From positions 224,001 through 288,000 of the forward strand of contig CAWDML010000008.1 of assembly GCA_963803435.1 (NCBI GenBank): a DNA stretch of 64,000 nucleotides, given 5' to 3'. Positions 12,663 to 23,477 of this stretch are shown here, piece after piece. The notes below the pieces were generated by a model. It was not told the DNA's origin and searched no databases. It was given only the letters and a program-made list of their open reading frames with translations. How positions within the stretch are numbered: position 1 is the first letter of the stretch; each line of letters starts with the position of its first letter. Made by a program: the position numbers and the translations under genes. Source of the DNA: an uncultured delta proteobacterium (GTDB lineage Bacteria > Myxococcota > Kuafuiibacteriia > Kuafuiibacteriales > Kuafuiibacteriaceae).

Positions 12663-14078
12663 ATGGTCCGCCTGCCCATCATTGCGCCCGCCCAGCCCGA
12701 GATCGAGCAGGCGTTCAGCCCGCTCGCGTATCAGGCCAGCCTGTCGCCGCGGCGGGTGTACATCGACACGTTCGGCTGCCAGATGAACCACCACGACTCG
12801 CAGCGCATGGTCAGCATGATGGCGGCCGAGGGCTACCTGCCGACCGACGCGCCCGACGACGCCGACCTGGTCATCATCAACTCCTGCAGCGTCCGGGAGA
12901 AGGCCGAGCACAAGCTCCTCTCCCGGGCCGGCCAGATGAAGCGCTTCAAGCGTACGAACCCGAAGATGATCCTGGCGCTGGGGGGCTGCGTGGCTCAGCA
13001 GGAGGGCGAGGCGCTGCTGGCTCGCGTCGCGCACGCCGACATCGTGTTCGGTCCCGATCACCTGTCGCAGCTCCCCGAGATGATCCACCAGGTCGAGGCG
13101 GATCGGATCCGGATCCACAACACGGAGTTCCTGGAGCCGTCAGACTACCGCTTCCCTCCGATCAGCGATGGTGCGCCCCGCGAGGTGAGCGCGTACGTGA
13201 GCGTGATGAAGGGCTGCGACAAGTTCTGCTCCTTCTGCATCGTCCCGTTCACGCGCGGGCGGGAGGTCAGCCGATCCGCCGCCGAGATCCTCGACGAGAT
13301 TCGGAGGCTGGCTGCCAACGGCACCAGGGAGGTCGTGCTCCTGGGCCAGACGGTGAACAGCTACGGCAGGAAGCGCCACGACGGCCAGATCCCGTTCTCC
13401 GAGCTCCTCCACCGGGTCGCCGAGATCGAGGGCATCGAGCGGATCCGCTTCACGTCGCCGCACCCCTCCGACTTCACCGAGGATCAGATCCTCGCCTACC
13501 GAGAGCTCCCGAAGCTCTGCCCGCACATGCATCTGCCGGTGCAGTCGGGCAGCGACGACGTCCTCCGCGCGATGCGCCGGGGCTACACGCGGCGCGAGTA
13601 TCTCGACATCGTGGCGCGCCTCCGCGAGGTCGCGCCCGAGGTCGCGCTCACCACCGACGTCATCGTCGGCTTCCCTGGCGAGGGCGAGAAGGACTTCGAG
13701 GCCACGCTCTCCCTGCTCGAGCAGGTCCGCTTTCAGGGCGCGTTCTCCTTCGCATACAGCGAGCGCGTCGGCACGCGTGCGCTCAAGATCGAGCCTGCGC
13801 TGCCCGAGGAGGTCCGCTTCGATCGGCTCCGGCGCCTCCAGGTGCTCCAGGATCGGATCACGCACGAGTGGCTGCAGGTCATGGTCGGTCAGACGCACCG
13901 CGTGTTGATTGAGGGACCGTCGAAGACCGACCCGACCCGCAGCACCGGCCGGACCGGCGCCAACCGCCCCGTCCACGTCCAGGGACGATTCGAGCCGGGG
14001 ACGATGCTGGACGTGAGCATGATCGAGGCCTACAAGCACTCGCTCCTCGGAGCGGTGGCCGGAGTCGTGGAGGCCTGA
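12663..14078 (+). CDS. miaB: tRNA-i6A37 methylthiotransferase MiaB
   Basis: TFGCQMN, NSCSVREKAE, GCVAQ, CDKFCSFC radical SAM motif, HLPVQSGS, IVGFPGE, C-terminal TRAM. Confidence 0.95.
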   Translation: MVRLPIIAPAQPEIEQAFSPLAYQASLSPRRVYIDTFGCQMNHHDSQRMVSMMAAEGYLPTDAPDDADLVIINSCSVREKAEHKLLSRAGQMKRFKRTNPKMILALGGCVAQQEGEALLARVAHADIVFGPDHLSQLPEMIHQVEADRIRIHNTEFLEPSDYRFPPISDGAPREVSAYVSVMKGCDKFCSFCIVPFTRGREVSRSAAEILDEIRRLAANGTREVVLLGQTVNSYGRKRHDGQIPFSELLHRVAEIEGIERIRFTSPHPSDFTEDQILAYRELPKLCPHMHLPVQSGSDDVLRAMRRGYTRREYLDIVARLREVAPEVALTTDVIVGFPGEGEKDFEATLSLLEQVRFQGAFSFAYSERVGTRALKIEPALPEEVRFDRLRRLQVLQDRITHEWLQVMVGQTHRVLIEGPSKTDPTRSTGRTGANRPVHVQGRFEPGTMLDVSMIEAYKHSLLGAVAGVVEA

Positions 14079-14605
14079 TGCCGCTCCTCCCGTTCGAGGA
14101 GGCGTTCCCGAAGGTCGCCGAGGACGTCTTTCTCGCCCCGGGCGCGCACGTGATCGGCGACGTCGAGATCGGGCCGAAGAGCTCGGTATGGTTCGGCGCG
14201 GTGATCCGCGGCGACGTCTTCCACATCCGCATCGGCGAGGGTTCGAACGTCCAGGACAACACGGTCATCCACGTCACCACGGATCGCCACGCGACGATCG
14301 TCGGCAACCACGTCACCATCGGACACTCCGCGATCCTCCACGGCTGCACGATCCATGACGGCGCCCTGATCGGGATGGGCGCGCTGGTGATGGATCGCGC
14401 CATCGTCGGCGCCGGCGCGCTGATCGGCGCGGGATCGCTCGTCAGCGAGGGGACCGAGATCCCACCCGGTATGCTCGCGTTCGGCCGGCCGGCTCGCCCC
14501 GTCCGCGCCCTCTCGGCGGAGGAGGCGGAGCGGGTGCGGTGGTCCAGCGGACACTACGCGGACCTCGCGCACGCCTATCTCGTGCGAATTGGACGCGGAC
14601 ACTGA
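14078..14605 (+). CDS. Gamma carbonic anhydrase family protein
   Basis: VIGDVEIG, IRGD, SNVQDNTVIH, IGHSAILHGC hexapeptide repeats. Confidence 0.92.
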   Translation: MPLLPFEEAFPKVAEDVFLAPGAHVIGDVEIGPKSSVWFGAVIRGDVFHIRIGEGSNVQDNTVIHVTTDRHATIVGNHVTIGHSAILHGCTIHDGALIGMGALVMDRAIVGAGALIGAGSLVSEGTEIPPGMLAFGRPARPVRALSAEEAERVRWSSGHYADLAHAYLVRIGRGH

Positions 14606-14606
14606 C

Positions 14607-14635
14607 TTGCCCGAAATATCTTCGCCTGCTAGACG
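14607..14635 (+). promoter_or_regulatory. Possible sigma70-type promoter
   Basis: TTGCCC-17 nt-TAGACG in the spacer upstream of the cNMP-binding gene. Confidence 0.3.
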
Positions 14636-14769
14636 ACTCCCGATGACGTCGCGGAACTCTGGCTCTTCCAACGAGCCAGGGGTGGGAAGGCCGGGGAGGA
14701 TGGCTTTCGCAGGCGAGGCGATCGTGCTTTGAACTACAGGAGCCGAGGGCGTTTCCGCGGCGTCGTCCC

Positions 14770-15246
14770 ATGTCGGTGAACCCGGACATCCAACGGATCC
14801 TCAAGAGCACGCCGCTCTTGAAGAACTTCACGGACACCGGCCTCGCCATCGTCGCCTCGGTCGCCCAGGCGAAGCAGGTCCCCGCCGGCACTCCGCTCTT
14901 CGTCGAGAACATGATCGGCGACGGCCTCTACGTCATCGCCGTGGGGCGCATTCGACTCTCGGTGCGCGGCCCCAGCGGACAGGACCTGATGCTCGCGAGC
15001 CTCGGTCCCGGCGAGTCGCTCGGCGAAGCGGCGTTGCTGCGCGCGGGCCCGCGGCTCTGCTCGGCGACCGCCGAGGTGCCGTCGAGCGTCATCGAGATCA
15101 CGCGCCGAGACATCGCGATGCTCCAGCGGAGCAAACCGCAGGCGTGTCTCAAGCTGATGATGGGCGTCGTCGATCTGGTCGGGGAGCGGCTCCACGCCGC
15201 CGAGCCGGACGTTCGGCAGTTTCTCGCCTGGCGGATCGGCCTGTAG
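14770..15246 (+). CDS. Cyclic nucleotide-binding domain protein
   Basis: LFVENMIGDGLYVIAVGRI, LGPGESLGEAALL, SATA; no HTH tail. Confidence 0.85.
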   Translation: MSVNPDIQRILKSTPLLKNFTDTGLAIVASVAQAKQVPAGTPLFVENMIGDGLYVIAVGRIRLSVRGPSGQDLMLASLGPGESLGEAALLRAGPRLCSATAEVPSSVIEITRRDIAMLQRSKPQACLKLMMGVVDLVGERLHAAEPDVRQFLAWRIGL

Positions 15247-15265
15247 TACCGTCGAGACCGGTCGC

Positions 15266-16165
15266 ATGACCGACGCCTACACCCCGCTCGACGCCCGGAT
15301 CGACGCCTACCTCACCCATCTGCGGGTGGAACGCAGCCTCGCCGACAACACTCTCGAGGCCTACGGGCGCGACCTGGCCGACTTCGCCGGCGCCATGATC
15401 GAGCAGGGGCTCGCCGACGCGCCGGCGATCCAGACCGAGCATGTCTCGGATTGGGTCCGTGGTCTCGCCGAGGCCGGGCTCGAGCCGAGCACGCAGGCGC
15501 GCATGCTGGTGGCTGTCCGCGGCCTCTACAAACACCTGCTGCGGGAGCGCGCCGTCTCCGAGGATCCATCCCGCCTCGTCGATCTGCCGAAGCCGAAGCG
15601 ACGGCTGCCCGAGACCCTCTCGTACGAGGAGGTGATCCGGCTGCTGGTGGCCGCCGCCGAGAACCATCGAGATCGCGCGATCATCGCGCTCCTGTACGGA
15701 GCCGGCTTGCGCGTGAGCGAAGTGATCCATCTCGAGATGAGTCAGATCCACCTGGAGGCCGGGCTCATCCGCGTCCGAGGCAAAGGGGACAAGGAGCGGG
15801 CCGTGCCGATCGGGACACAGGTGATCGATCACGTGCAGCGCTATCTCGACCTCGAGCGCAGCGCGCGTCTCCGCGGCCGCATCAGTGAGCTGATCTTCCC
15901 AGGAAGGGGCCGCTCAGGGGTGTATACCCGTCAGGCTGTGTTCGCGATGCTCCGCCGTCTCGCGGAGCGCGCGTCGATCGGTCGAGAGATCTCGCCGCAT
16001 CGCCTGCGTCACGCGTTCGCGACGCACCTGGTCCAAGGCGGCGCGGACCTGCGCGCCGTCCAAGCGATGCTCGGGCACGCTGACCTTCGCACCACCGAGG
16101 TCTACACCCACGTCGACGACGAACACCTCCGGACGACCTACGACCGCACCCACCCGCGCAGTTAG
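15266..16165 (+). CDS. xerD: Tyrosine recombinase XerD
   Basis: NTLEAYGRDL, LYGAGLRVSE, GKGDKER, SPHRLRHAFATHL, LGHADLRTTEVYTH (R-K-H-R-H-Y). Confidence 0.88.
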   Translation: MTDAYTPLDARIDAYLTHLRVERSLADNTLEAYGRDLADFAGAMIEQGLADAPAIQTEHVSDWVRGLAEAGLEPSTQARMLVAVRGLYKHLLRERAVSEDPSRLVDLPKPKRRLPETLSYEEVIRLLVAAAENHRDRAIIALLYGAGLRVSEVIHLEMSQIHLEAGLIRVRGKGDKERAVPIGTQVIDHVQRYLDLERSARLRGRISELIFPGRGRSGVYTRQAVFAMLRRLAERASIGREISPHRLRHAFATHLVQGGADLRAVQAMLGHADLRTTEVYTHVDDEHLRTTYDRTHPRS

Positions 16166-16273
16166 GCACCGTGGAGTGTTCTGTAACACGTGTCTCGCGG
16201 CCTTCTCGGATTGTGATGCCTCAACAGACGAGCTAGATTGGCCCCCGGAGGCCGCGCCTCCACGAGACGGACG

Positions 16274-16747
16274 ATGATGAAGGCAATCGCCCACGAGCTC
16301 AGCCCCGAGCACCTCACGCAGGAGTTCATCGACCTCCTATTGGACGAAGCGGAGCGTGCGCTGTTGGATGTCGAAGCTCGAACCGACGAGCCCGATCGTC
16401 GGATCGCCTCCGTCGAAGCCGATCCTCCCGGGGTCGCCGAGCTTCGGCTCGCGATCGCCGAGCTGGCCGACCGCTTTCCCGGGATTCATTACGATCTCGA
16501 GTCGATCGGTGAACGCCTTCGCAATGTTGGAGCGACCGCGGCCGCCAGGGAGCTGGAGTCGCACCCCCACGTCACGCACCTCGTCCGACTCTCCCTCGAG
16601 GTCTTTTTCCGGCAGTACGCGAGCGTCGAGTCCTACGATGCCGAGTGCAATCGAAACGATGACGTTGAGGAGGAGGGCCAGACGCCCTCGGAGCTGTACG
16701 AAGCGTACGGACAGCTGCTTCAGATCCTCAAGAGCCGACTCAGCTGA
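16274..16747 (+). CDS. Hypothetical acidic helical protein
   Basis: ORF 16238..16747, ATG at 16274; no motif recognised. Confidence 0.6.
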   Translation: MMKAIAHELSPEHLTQEFIDLLLDEAERALLDVEARTDEPDRRIASVEADPPGVAELRLAIAELADRFPGIHYDLESIGERLRNVGATAAARELESHPHVTHLVRLSLEVFFRQYASVESYDAECNRNDDVEEEGQTPSELYEAYGQLLQILKSRLS

Positions 16748-16753
16748 CCGACT

Positions 16754-18124
<1,371 letters not shown>

Positions 18125-18159
18125 GCGTCCACTCCTTCTGACGTTCAACCGCGCACGTC

Positions 18160-18663
18160 TCAGCTCTCTTCCGGACCGTCGCGCGGGGTCGGATCCGGCC
18201 GCGGCTGGGGCGGGGGCACGTTCACGTCGGCCATGATGGAATCGGAGCGGGGCGAGGGCGTCTCCGGGGTCGCCGGCGCGGCGTAGCGCTGGATCTTGGC
18301 CCTGAAGACGAACTCCGTCTTTCCGATCTTGAAGGTGTCGCCGTCGAGCAGGTTCAGCCGCCGCACCGTGCGGCCCTCGAAGGTGATCCCGTTCTTCGAC
18401 TCGAGGTCCTTGAGCTGGAAGTAACCCCAATCGTCCGCGCTCAGCACCGCATGCCGGCGCGAGACGAGATCGTCGTCGAGGGCCAGGTCGACCTCGGCCG
18501 CCAGGCGTCCGATCAAGAAGTCGTTCTTCTCGATGGCGATCTCGACCTCGGGCACGTCCGGCCGGCGCACGATGAGCTTGGCCTCGGCGCGCACGAGATC
18601 GAACGGCTGCACGTCCTCGGTGGCTTGGTACTTCGCCGTTGGGGCGCCGCCTCCCGTTCCCAT
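18160..18663 (-). CDS. FHA domain protein
   Basis: IGR, VSRRHA, DLESKNG, LLDGDTFKIG; Pro-rich tail. Confidence 0.88.
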   Translation of the reverse strand: MGTGGGAPTAKYQATEDVQPFDLVRAEAKLIVRRPDVPEVEIAIEKNDFLIGRLAAEVDLALDDDLVSRRHAVLSADDWGYFQLKDLESKNGITFEGRTVRRLNLLDGDTFKIGKTEFVFRAKIQRYAAPATPETPSPRSDSIMADVNVPPPQPRPDPTPRDGPEES

Positions 18664-18771
18664 CGGGAGCATCTTACCTCCATTGGGCGGCGGACAGCAC
18701 GGCCAACCAAGGCCGGGTTGCGGCTGCGCGTCATGGTTGACAGGAGGCTTCGGAGCCTCTGCGATGAGGCG

Positions 18772-19842
18772 GTGCACTCCTACCAGAGGGCGGGCGTTCT
18801 TCGCGCAGGGCGAGTCGCGCTCGTCCTGTGGGCGGGGCTCTCGATCGCGGCCCGGCCCTATCACGACACCAAGGAGCGGTTCAGCCTCGAGCTCGCCCCG
18901 GGATGGGAGATGGCGCCGCAGTTCGGCGACACGCTGGGCATGGTCTTCAAGAAGCTGCTCGGGCGGCGCTCGCAAGCGATGGCCCTGTTCATGGTGCGGG
19001 TGGCACCGCCCGGGACGGCGGGCTCACGGACGTTCGCGGACGCGACCGAGCAGGTGTTTGCGTCGCAGCCCGGGTTCCGGGCGCTGGGGGAGTCGCGGGC
19101 GCGCATCGGCGGCCAGTCCGGCTTCGTGCGTCGCTACCAGGTGCAACTCGATCGCAGCTCGCCGATCAAGAAGCAGATCGACGCCTACTTTCTCGAGTCG
19201 TCGAACAACGTCTATCTGATCCACGTCGAGACCACGGTGTCGGCGCGCGCGCGCATCGACGCCGACGTGACGGCGATGCTCGCCTCGTTTCGACCGGGAG
19301 GCGCCGCCCCCAACGACGCGCCCCCGCCCGCCGGCGTCCCGGCTGCCCGCGCGGTGGCGGGCCGTTGGATCAACGACGACGGTCTCATCCTGGTCCTGGA
19401 CTCCGACGGCACCTTCGCGCTCGCCGAGGTCGGCGGACATTACGAGGCCACCGCGGACACGCTCACGCTGATCATCCCCAACAAGGGTCGCGAGTCGTTC
19501 ACGTACGTCCTCGCCGCGCGGACGCTGACCCTTCGCTCGCCCAACCTGCCCACCCCGATGACCTATCGTCGTGTGGAGGAAGGGGCGAAGCATCGCACTG
19601 CGACCGACCTGGTGGGCGCGTGGAAGACCGTGGGGACGCCCCGAGCCGTCTCGCTCGAGCTCAAGAACACCGGCCGGTTCGTGATGGGGGAGTTCGAGGG
19701 GAAGTGGCGCTACGAGGACGGTCGTCTTCACCTCGAGCGCAGCCCCAGTGAGGTGATTACTTACGACGCGAAGCTCGACGGGGATCGCTTGATCCTCGCA
19801 GGTGCGGATCTGGATCGGCCCATCGCGCTCAAGCGCAGGTGA
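18772..19842 (+). CDS. Exported hypothetical protein (PsbP-like N-domain plus two short beta-rich repeats)
   Basis: Signal-like VALVLWAGLSIAA, FSLELAPGW, repeats VAGRWI..LVLDSDGTF and LVGAWK..LELKNTGRF; start uncertain. Confidence 0.65.
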   Translation: MHSYQRAGVLRAGRVALVLWAGLSIAARPYHDTKERFSLELAPGWEMAPQFGDTLGMVFKKLLGRRSQAMALFMVRVAPPGTAGSRTFADATEQVFASQPGFRALGESRARIGGQSGFVRRYQVQLDRSSPIKKQIDAYFLESSNNVYLIHVETTVSARARIDADVTAMLASFRPGGAAPNDAPPPAGVPAARAVAGRWINDDGLILVLDSDGTFALAEVGGHYEATADTLTLIIPNKGRESFTYVLAARTLTLRSPNLPTPMTYRRVEEGAKHRTATDLVGAWKTVGTPRAVSLELKNTGRFVMGEFEGKWRYEDGRLHLERSPSEVITYDAKLDGDRLILAGADLDRPIALKRR

Positions 19843-22361
19843 GGGCAGTATGCGGGGTGGTGGTGGGCTCCACCCTGAAGCGGCTGCGCGTTCGCCTCAG
19901 GGCGACCGATCCGGACAGTCTCGCAGAAACGTTCGGAGCGAACGTCTACGAGAGCGGCGTGTTTCTCAAGTCGAAGCAGCTCCTTCCCATCGGTACGCCG
20001 ATCCTGTTCGAGCTCCTGTATCAGAGCGGCAAGCTGGCCCTGCGGGGCCGCGGTCGGGTGGAGTCCGTCAGCACCGATCCGGGGGCGTCGGGGATGAACC
20101 TCGCGCTCGAGTGGCTCGACGAATCCGTGGTGCTCGCCCGCTGGGTGGTGGAGCGCAGCGCCCCCGACGCGAGCGATCCCTTCGAGGACGTCACGGTCTA
20201 CGCCGGCGACGGCCCCCCGGAGCGATGGCTGCAGCGGGAGCACGCCGACGAGCCCGAACAGGGCGAAGCACCGGGCGAGCGGTCGGCGGATCCGGAGGCG
20301 CTGATCGCGCCCGCCTTGCCGGACGGGGTCCGGATCGTCCCGGGCCAGGTGATCGGCTCGGTCCACTACCTCCCGATGGACGCACGCATGCCGCTGGCGG
20401 TGCCCCTCGGTGGCGCCCCGACGCCCCCACCGCCGCCGGTGCTCGACGACGCGCCGCTCTTGGGCCAGCGGCCCGGGGCCCAGGACTCGTGGGATTCGGT
20501 GTCGGATTCGATCGCGGCACCGGCTCCGCCGCCTCGGCCCGTGTCCGACCCCCGGAGCGATCCCGATGAGGCCGCGATGGAGGACGCGTTCGAGGAGCCG
20601 GAGGACTGGGGCTCCTCGCTGTACGCGCAGCGCACGGGCATGCGCGAGCCAGGTGAGGTCACACCGCTCGCGCGCATCGAGCTGATCCGTCCGCCGCCGG
20701 CGCCCGAGCTGCGCACCGGAGACATCGAGCCGCTCGTCGAGGACGAGGCGCAGGCCGCGCACGCCACCGCCATCCCGTCCAAGAGATCGCCCTCGCGAAT
20801 GCCGCCGCCCACGAGCGCGATCATGGGGATCGACTTCGGCACCGTGAACACGCGGGCCGCGGTACCGGTGCGGAAGGGCCGGCCGCGGATCATCCCGTCG
20901 CGCCGAGGGACGGACGCGACGCCCTCGGTCGTGATGATCCGGGACAGCGGCAAGACGACGGTCGGCGAGCCGGCGCTGAGGAAGCTCCCCGCCCATCCGC
21001 AGCACGGGGTTCAGGAGGCGCGCCGGCTGATCGGGCTGCCGTTCGCGCCGGACCGGCCGCAGGGCGCGCTCCCGACAACGTGGTGCCAGCTCGTTCCGGG
21101 AGACGAGGGCGAGACGGCCGTGCGCGTCGGTCCCTACGATGTCTCCGTCGAGGAGGTCGCTGCCCTCTTGCTCAAGGAGGTGCGCGAGAGCGCGTTGATG
21201 GCGCTCGAGCAGCGCGTGAACCGGGCGGTGCTCACCTGCCCGATCGCCTTCGGCGTTCGCCAGCGCCAGGCGTTGTGCTTGGCCGCGCGGCTGGCCGGCA
21301 TCTACGTGGACCGGTTGATCTCCGAGCCCACCGCGATCGTGGCGCACGCGATGGCCGAGCGACCCGGTGCGACCGGGAAGGTCTTCGTGTACCGCCTCGG
21401 CGGCGGGACCTTCGACGCTTCGATCGTCGAGGTCGGTCGCGATCGGATGGAGGTGCTGGGGACCGAGAGCGAGCTGTTCCTCGGCGGTGTCGACTTCGAC
21501 GCCGGGCTCGGCACGCTGATCGCCGACGAGGTCGAGCGCATCAGCGGCATGTCGCCCAAGAGCAGCGCGTCCCGGATGGCCTCGGTGCTGGACGCGGCGC
21601 GGACGGCCAAGCAGCTGCTCTCGATCCAAGGTCGCGCCAGCGTGCTGGTGGAAGCGCCCGCGGGTACCGAGGCCTCGTTCCAGGTGGAGGTCGACATCTC
21701 GCGCGAGCAGGCCGAGCTGATCTGGGCGCCGCTGGTCGATCGAACGATCGCGCTCTCGGAGCGCTTGCTGGAGTCTGCGGGGCTCACCGCCCAGCACATC
21801 GAAGGGGTCCTGCTGGCCGGCGGGCAGACGCGAACGCCTCTCGTTCAACGGCGGGTGCGGGCCCTGCTGGGACGGGATCCGATCGAGATGGATCCGGAGC
21901 ACGCGGCCGTGCTCGGCGCGGCCGAAGTGGCGGCGCGGATCGGCACCGACCGCGAGCTCTCTATCCGCGAGTCGCTCTCGCTCTCGCTCTTCGCGGCCGA
22001 GCAGGACACGCCGCTCGACCTGGTGCTGAGGAGCGGGGAGCCGCTGCCCACTCAGGCCGTGATCACGGTAAAGAGCGACGAAACCATGCTGTGCGAGGGC
22101 CTGGACGCGGAGTCCGTCGAGCTGATCGGGCTGGTGCGGACAGACCCGTGCGCGGGCGCGACCGCCGTCAAGTTCGACGTCTCGCCTGAAGGTCTGCTAT
22201 CAGTGACGGCGATGGACCTCGCGTCGGGACGCACGCTCGCGGCGGAGCTCGTGACCGATCTCTCTCGGCTCGAGGGTGCGCAGCCTCGCGACGAAGATCG
22301 CGGATTGTTCGGCTGGATCAGGAAGCGGTTCAAGGCGAGCCGGGCCAGCGCCGAGAAATGA
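19839..22361 (+). CDS. Hsp70/DnaK-like protein with N-terminal PilZ-like domain and Pro/acidic linker
   Basis: NVYESGVFL and GMNL (TIGR02266-like); GIDFGT, TPSVV, ISEPTA, LGGGTFDAS, LGGVDFD, LAGGQTRTP. Confidence 0.85.
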   Translation: MRAVCGVVVGSTLKRLRVRLRATDPDSLAETFGANVYESGVFLKSKQLLPIGTPILFELLYQSGKLALRGRGRVESVSTDPGASGMNLALEWLDESVVLARWVVERSAPDASDPFEDVTVYAGDGPPERWLQREHADEPEQGEAPGERSADPEALIAPALPDGVRIVPGQVIGSVHYLPMDARMPLAVPLGGAPTPPPPPVLDDAPLLGQRPGAQDSWDSVSDSIAAPAPPPRPVSDPRSDPDEAAMEDAFEEPEDWGSSLYAQRTGMREPGEVTPLARIELIRPPPAPELRTGDIEPLVEDEAQAAHATAIPSKRSPSRMPPPTSAIMGIDFGTVNTRAAVPVRKGRPRIIPSRRGTDATPSVVMIRDSGKTTVGEPALRKLPAHPQHGVQEARRLIGLPFAPDRPQGALPTTWCQLVPGDEGETAVRVGPYDVSVEEVAALLLKEVRESALMALEQRVNRAVLTCPIAFGVRQRQALCLAARLAGIYVDRLISEPTAIVAHAMAERPGATGKVFVYRLGGGTFDASIVEVGRDRMEVLGTESELFLGGVDFDAGLGTLIADEVERISGMSPKSSASRMASVLDAARTAKQLLSIQGRASVLVEAPAGTEASFQVEVDISREQAELIWAPLVDRTIALSERLLESAGLTAQHIEGVLLAGGQTRTPLVQRRVRALLGRDPIEMDPEHAAVLGAAEVAARIGTDRELSIRESLSLSLFAAEQDTPLDLVLRSGEPLPTQAVITVKSDETMLCEGLDAESVELIGLVRTDPCAGATAVKFDVSPEGLLSVTAMDLASGRTLAAELVTDLSRLEGAQPRDEDRGLFGWIRKRFKASRASAEK

Positions 22362-22948
22362 TCGATCCGATCTCCGCCGACGTGTCGGGGCGTCCGATCA
22401 TCGACGCCGCGCTCTCTCGACTCGCCCAGGACCTGGCGCTCGCCAGCCCGGACCTGGCCCACATCGACGCCTCGCGCATCCTGTTCGTCGCCGGGGCCGG
22501 CCGTCTCTTCACCCGCGCGTCCATCCGACCGCTCGAGCCGGCCGCGCTCGGCGCTTCCACGAAGCCCTCCGTCGTGATCGAGGGCGTCTCGATGCTCTAC
22601 GAGATCTGCCTGCGGCCTCGCTTCTTCCTGCAGACGGGCCCGGAGCAGCGCCTCATGACGATCGCCCACGAGCTGTGGCATGCCTCGCCGTTGTTCGACG
22701 GGACCCTCGCGGAGGATCGGCGCCACCACAATGCGGGCCCGGAGCGGATCGAGTCGGAAGTGACCGAGATTGTCGATCGGTTCCTCGACAGCGGATCGGA
22801 TGCCGCCGGTTTCCTCTCGATTGTTGGCGAGCTGCGCATGCGCGCATGGCTGGCCCGGCCGCCGAGCCGGATCCCGGCCGGATCTTCCCTCCGTCGCAGG
22901 TACGACGAACGCGACCTGTATCTTGCGATCATCCAGAGCCGCGACTAA
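22358..22948 (+). CDS. Putative zinc metallopeptidase
   Basis: TIAHELWH (HExxH); ATGA overlap with the Hsp70-like gene. Confidence 0.7.
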   Translation: MIDPISADVSGRPIIDAALSRLAQDLALASPDLAHIDASRILFVAGAGRLFTRASIRPLEPAALGASTKPSVVIEGVSMLYEICLRPRFFLQTGPEQRLMTIAHELWHASPLFDGTLAEDRRHHNAGPERIESEVTEIVDRFLDSGSDAAGFLSIVGELRMRAWLARPPSRIPAGSSLRRRYDERDLYLAIIQSRD

Positions 22949-22958
22949 ATGACTCGAC

Positions 22959-23477
22959 ATGGCCGAGGACCGGAGAACCATCCTCAAGGTCCTCACCGGG
23001 GTCATTGGGACCGGTGCGGCCGCGGCGGTCGCCGCCCCTGCGATCCGCGTGCTGATCGCGCCCGTCAACCGCACCACGGTGTCCGGCGCCGGACAGTTCG
23101 TCCCGGTCGCTCCGCTCGAGGCCGTGCCGAAGGACGGCACGCCGCTCAATGTACCGGTGGTGATCGACGCCCCGCGCGACGCCTGGACCGAGCTCCCTCC
23201 CACGAAGGTGGGCACCGTCTTCCTCCGCTTCGACGGTGACCGTCTTCGCGCGCTCTCCTCGATCTGTCCGCACCTCGGATGCGGGATCGACTTCGCGCAA
23301 GGAATCAATCGCTTTGCGTGTCCCTGCCACGAGAGCTTCTTCGAAACCGACGGGAACGTCGCCTCCGGACCGGCACCGCGAGCGATGGACGAGCTCGAGA
23401 CCCGGGTGGTCGACGGGCGCATCGAGGTGAAGTTCGTGAAGTTCAAGATCGGGACGTCCGAGAAGGTTCCCGTCTGA
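22959..23477 (+). CDS. Rieske 2Fe-2S subunit of a Rieske/cytochrome b complex
   Basis: Tat-like RR plus TM, CPHLGC, CPCHES, GPAPR. Confidence 0.92.
   Translation: MAEDRRTILKVLTGVIGTGAAAAVAAPAIRVLIAPVNRTTVSGAGQFVPVAPLEAVPKDGTPLNVPVVIDAPRDAWTELPPTKVGTVFLRFDGDRLRALSSICPHLGCGIDFAQGINRFACPCHESFFETDGNVASGPAPRAMDELETRVVDGRIEVKFVKFKIGTSEKVPV

Noticed and set aside
15266-16240. Integron integrase or dif site around the tyrosine recombinase
   Set aside because: The protein looks like housekeeping XerD without the IntI insertion; the downstream GTGTTCTGTAACAC repeat does not match dif and no attC array is visible
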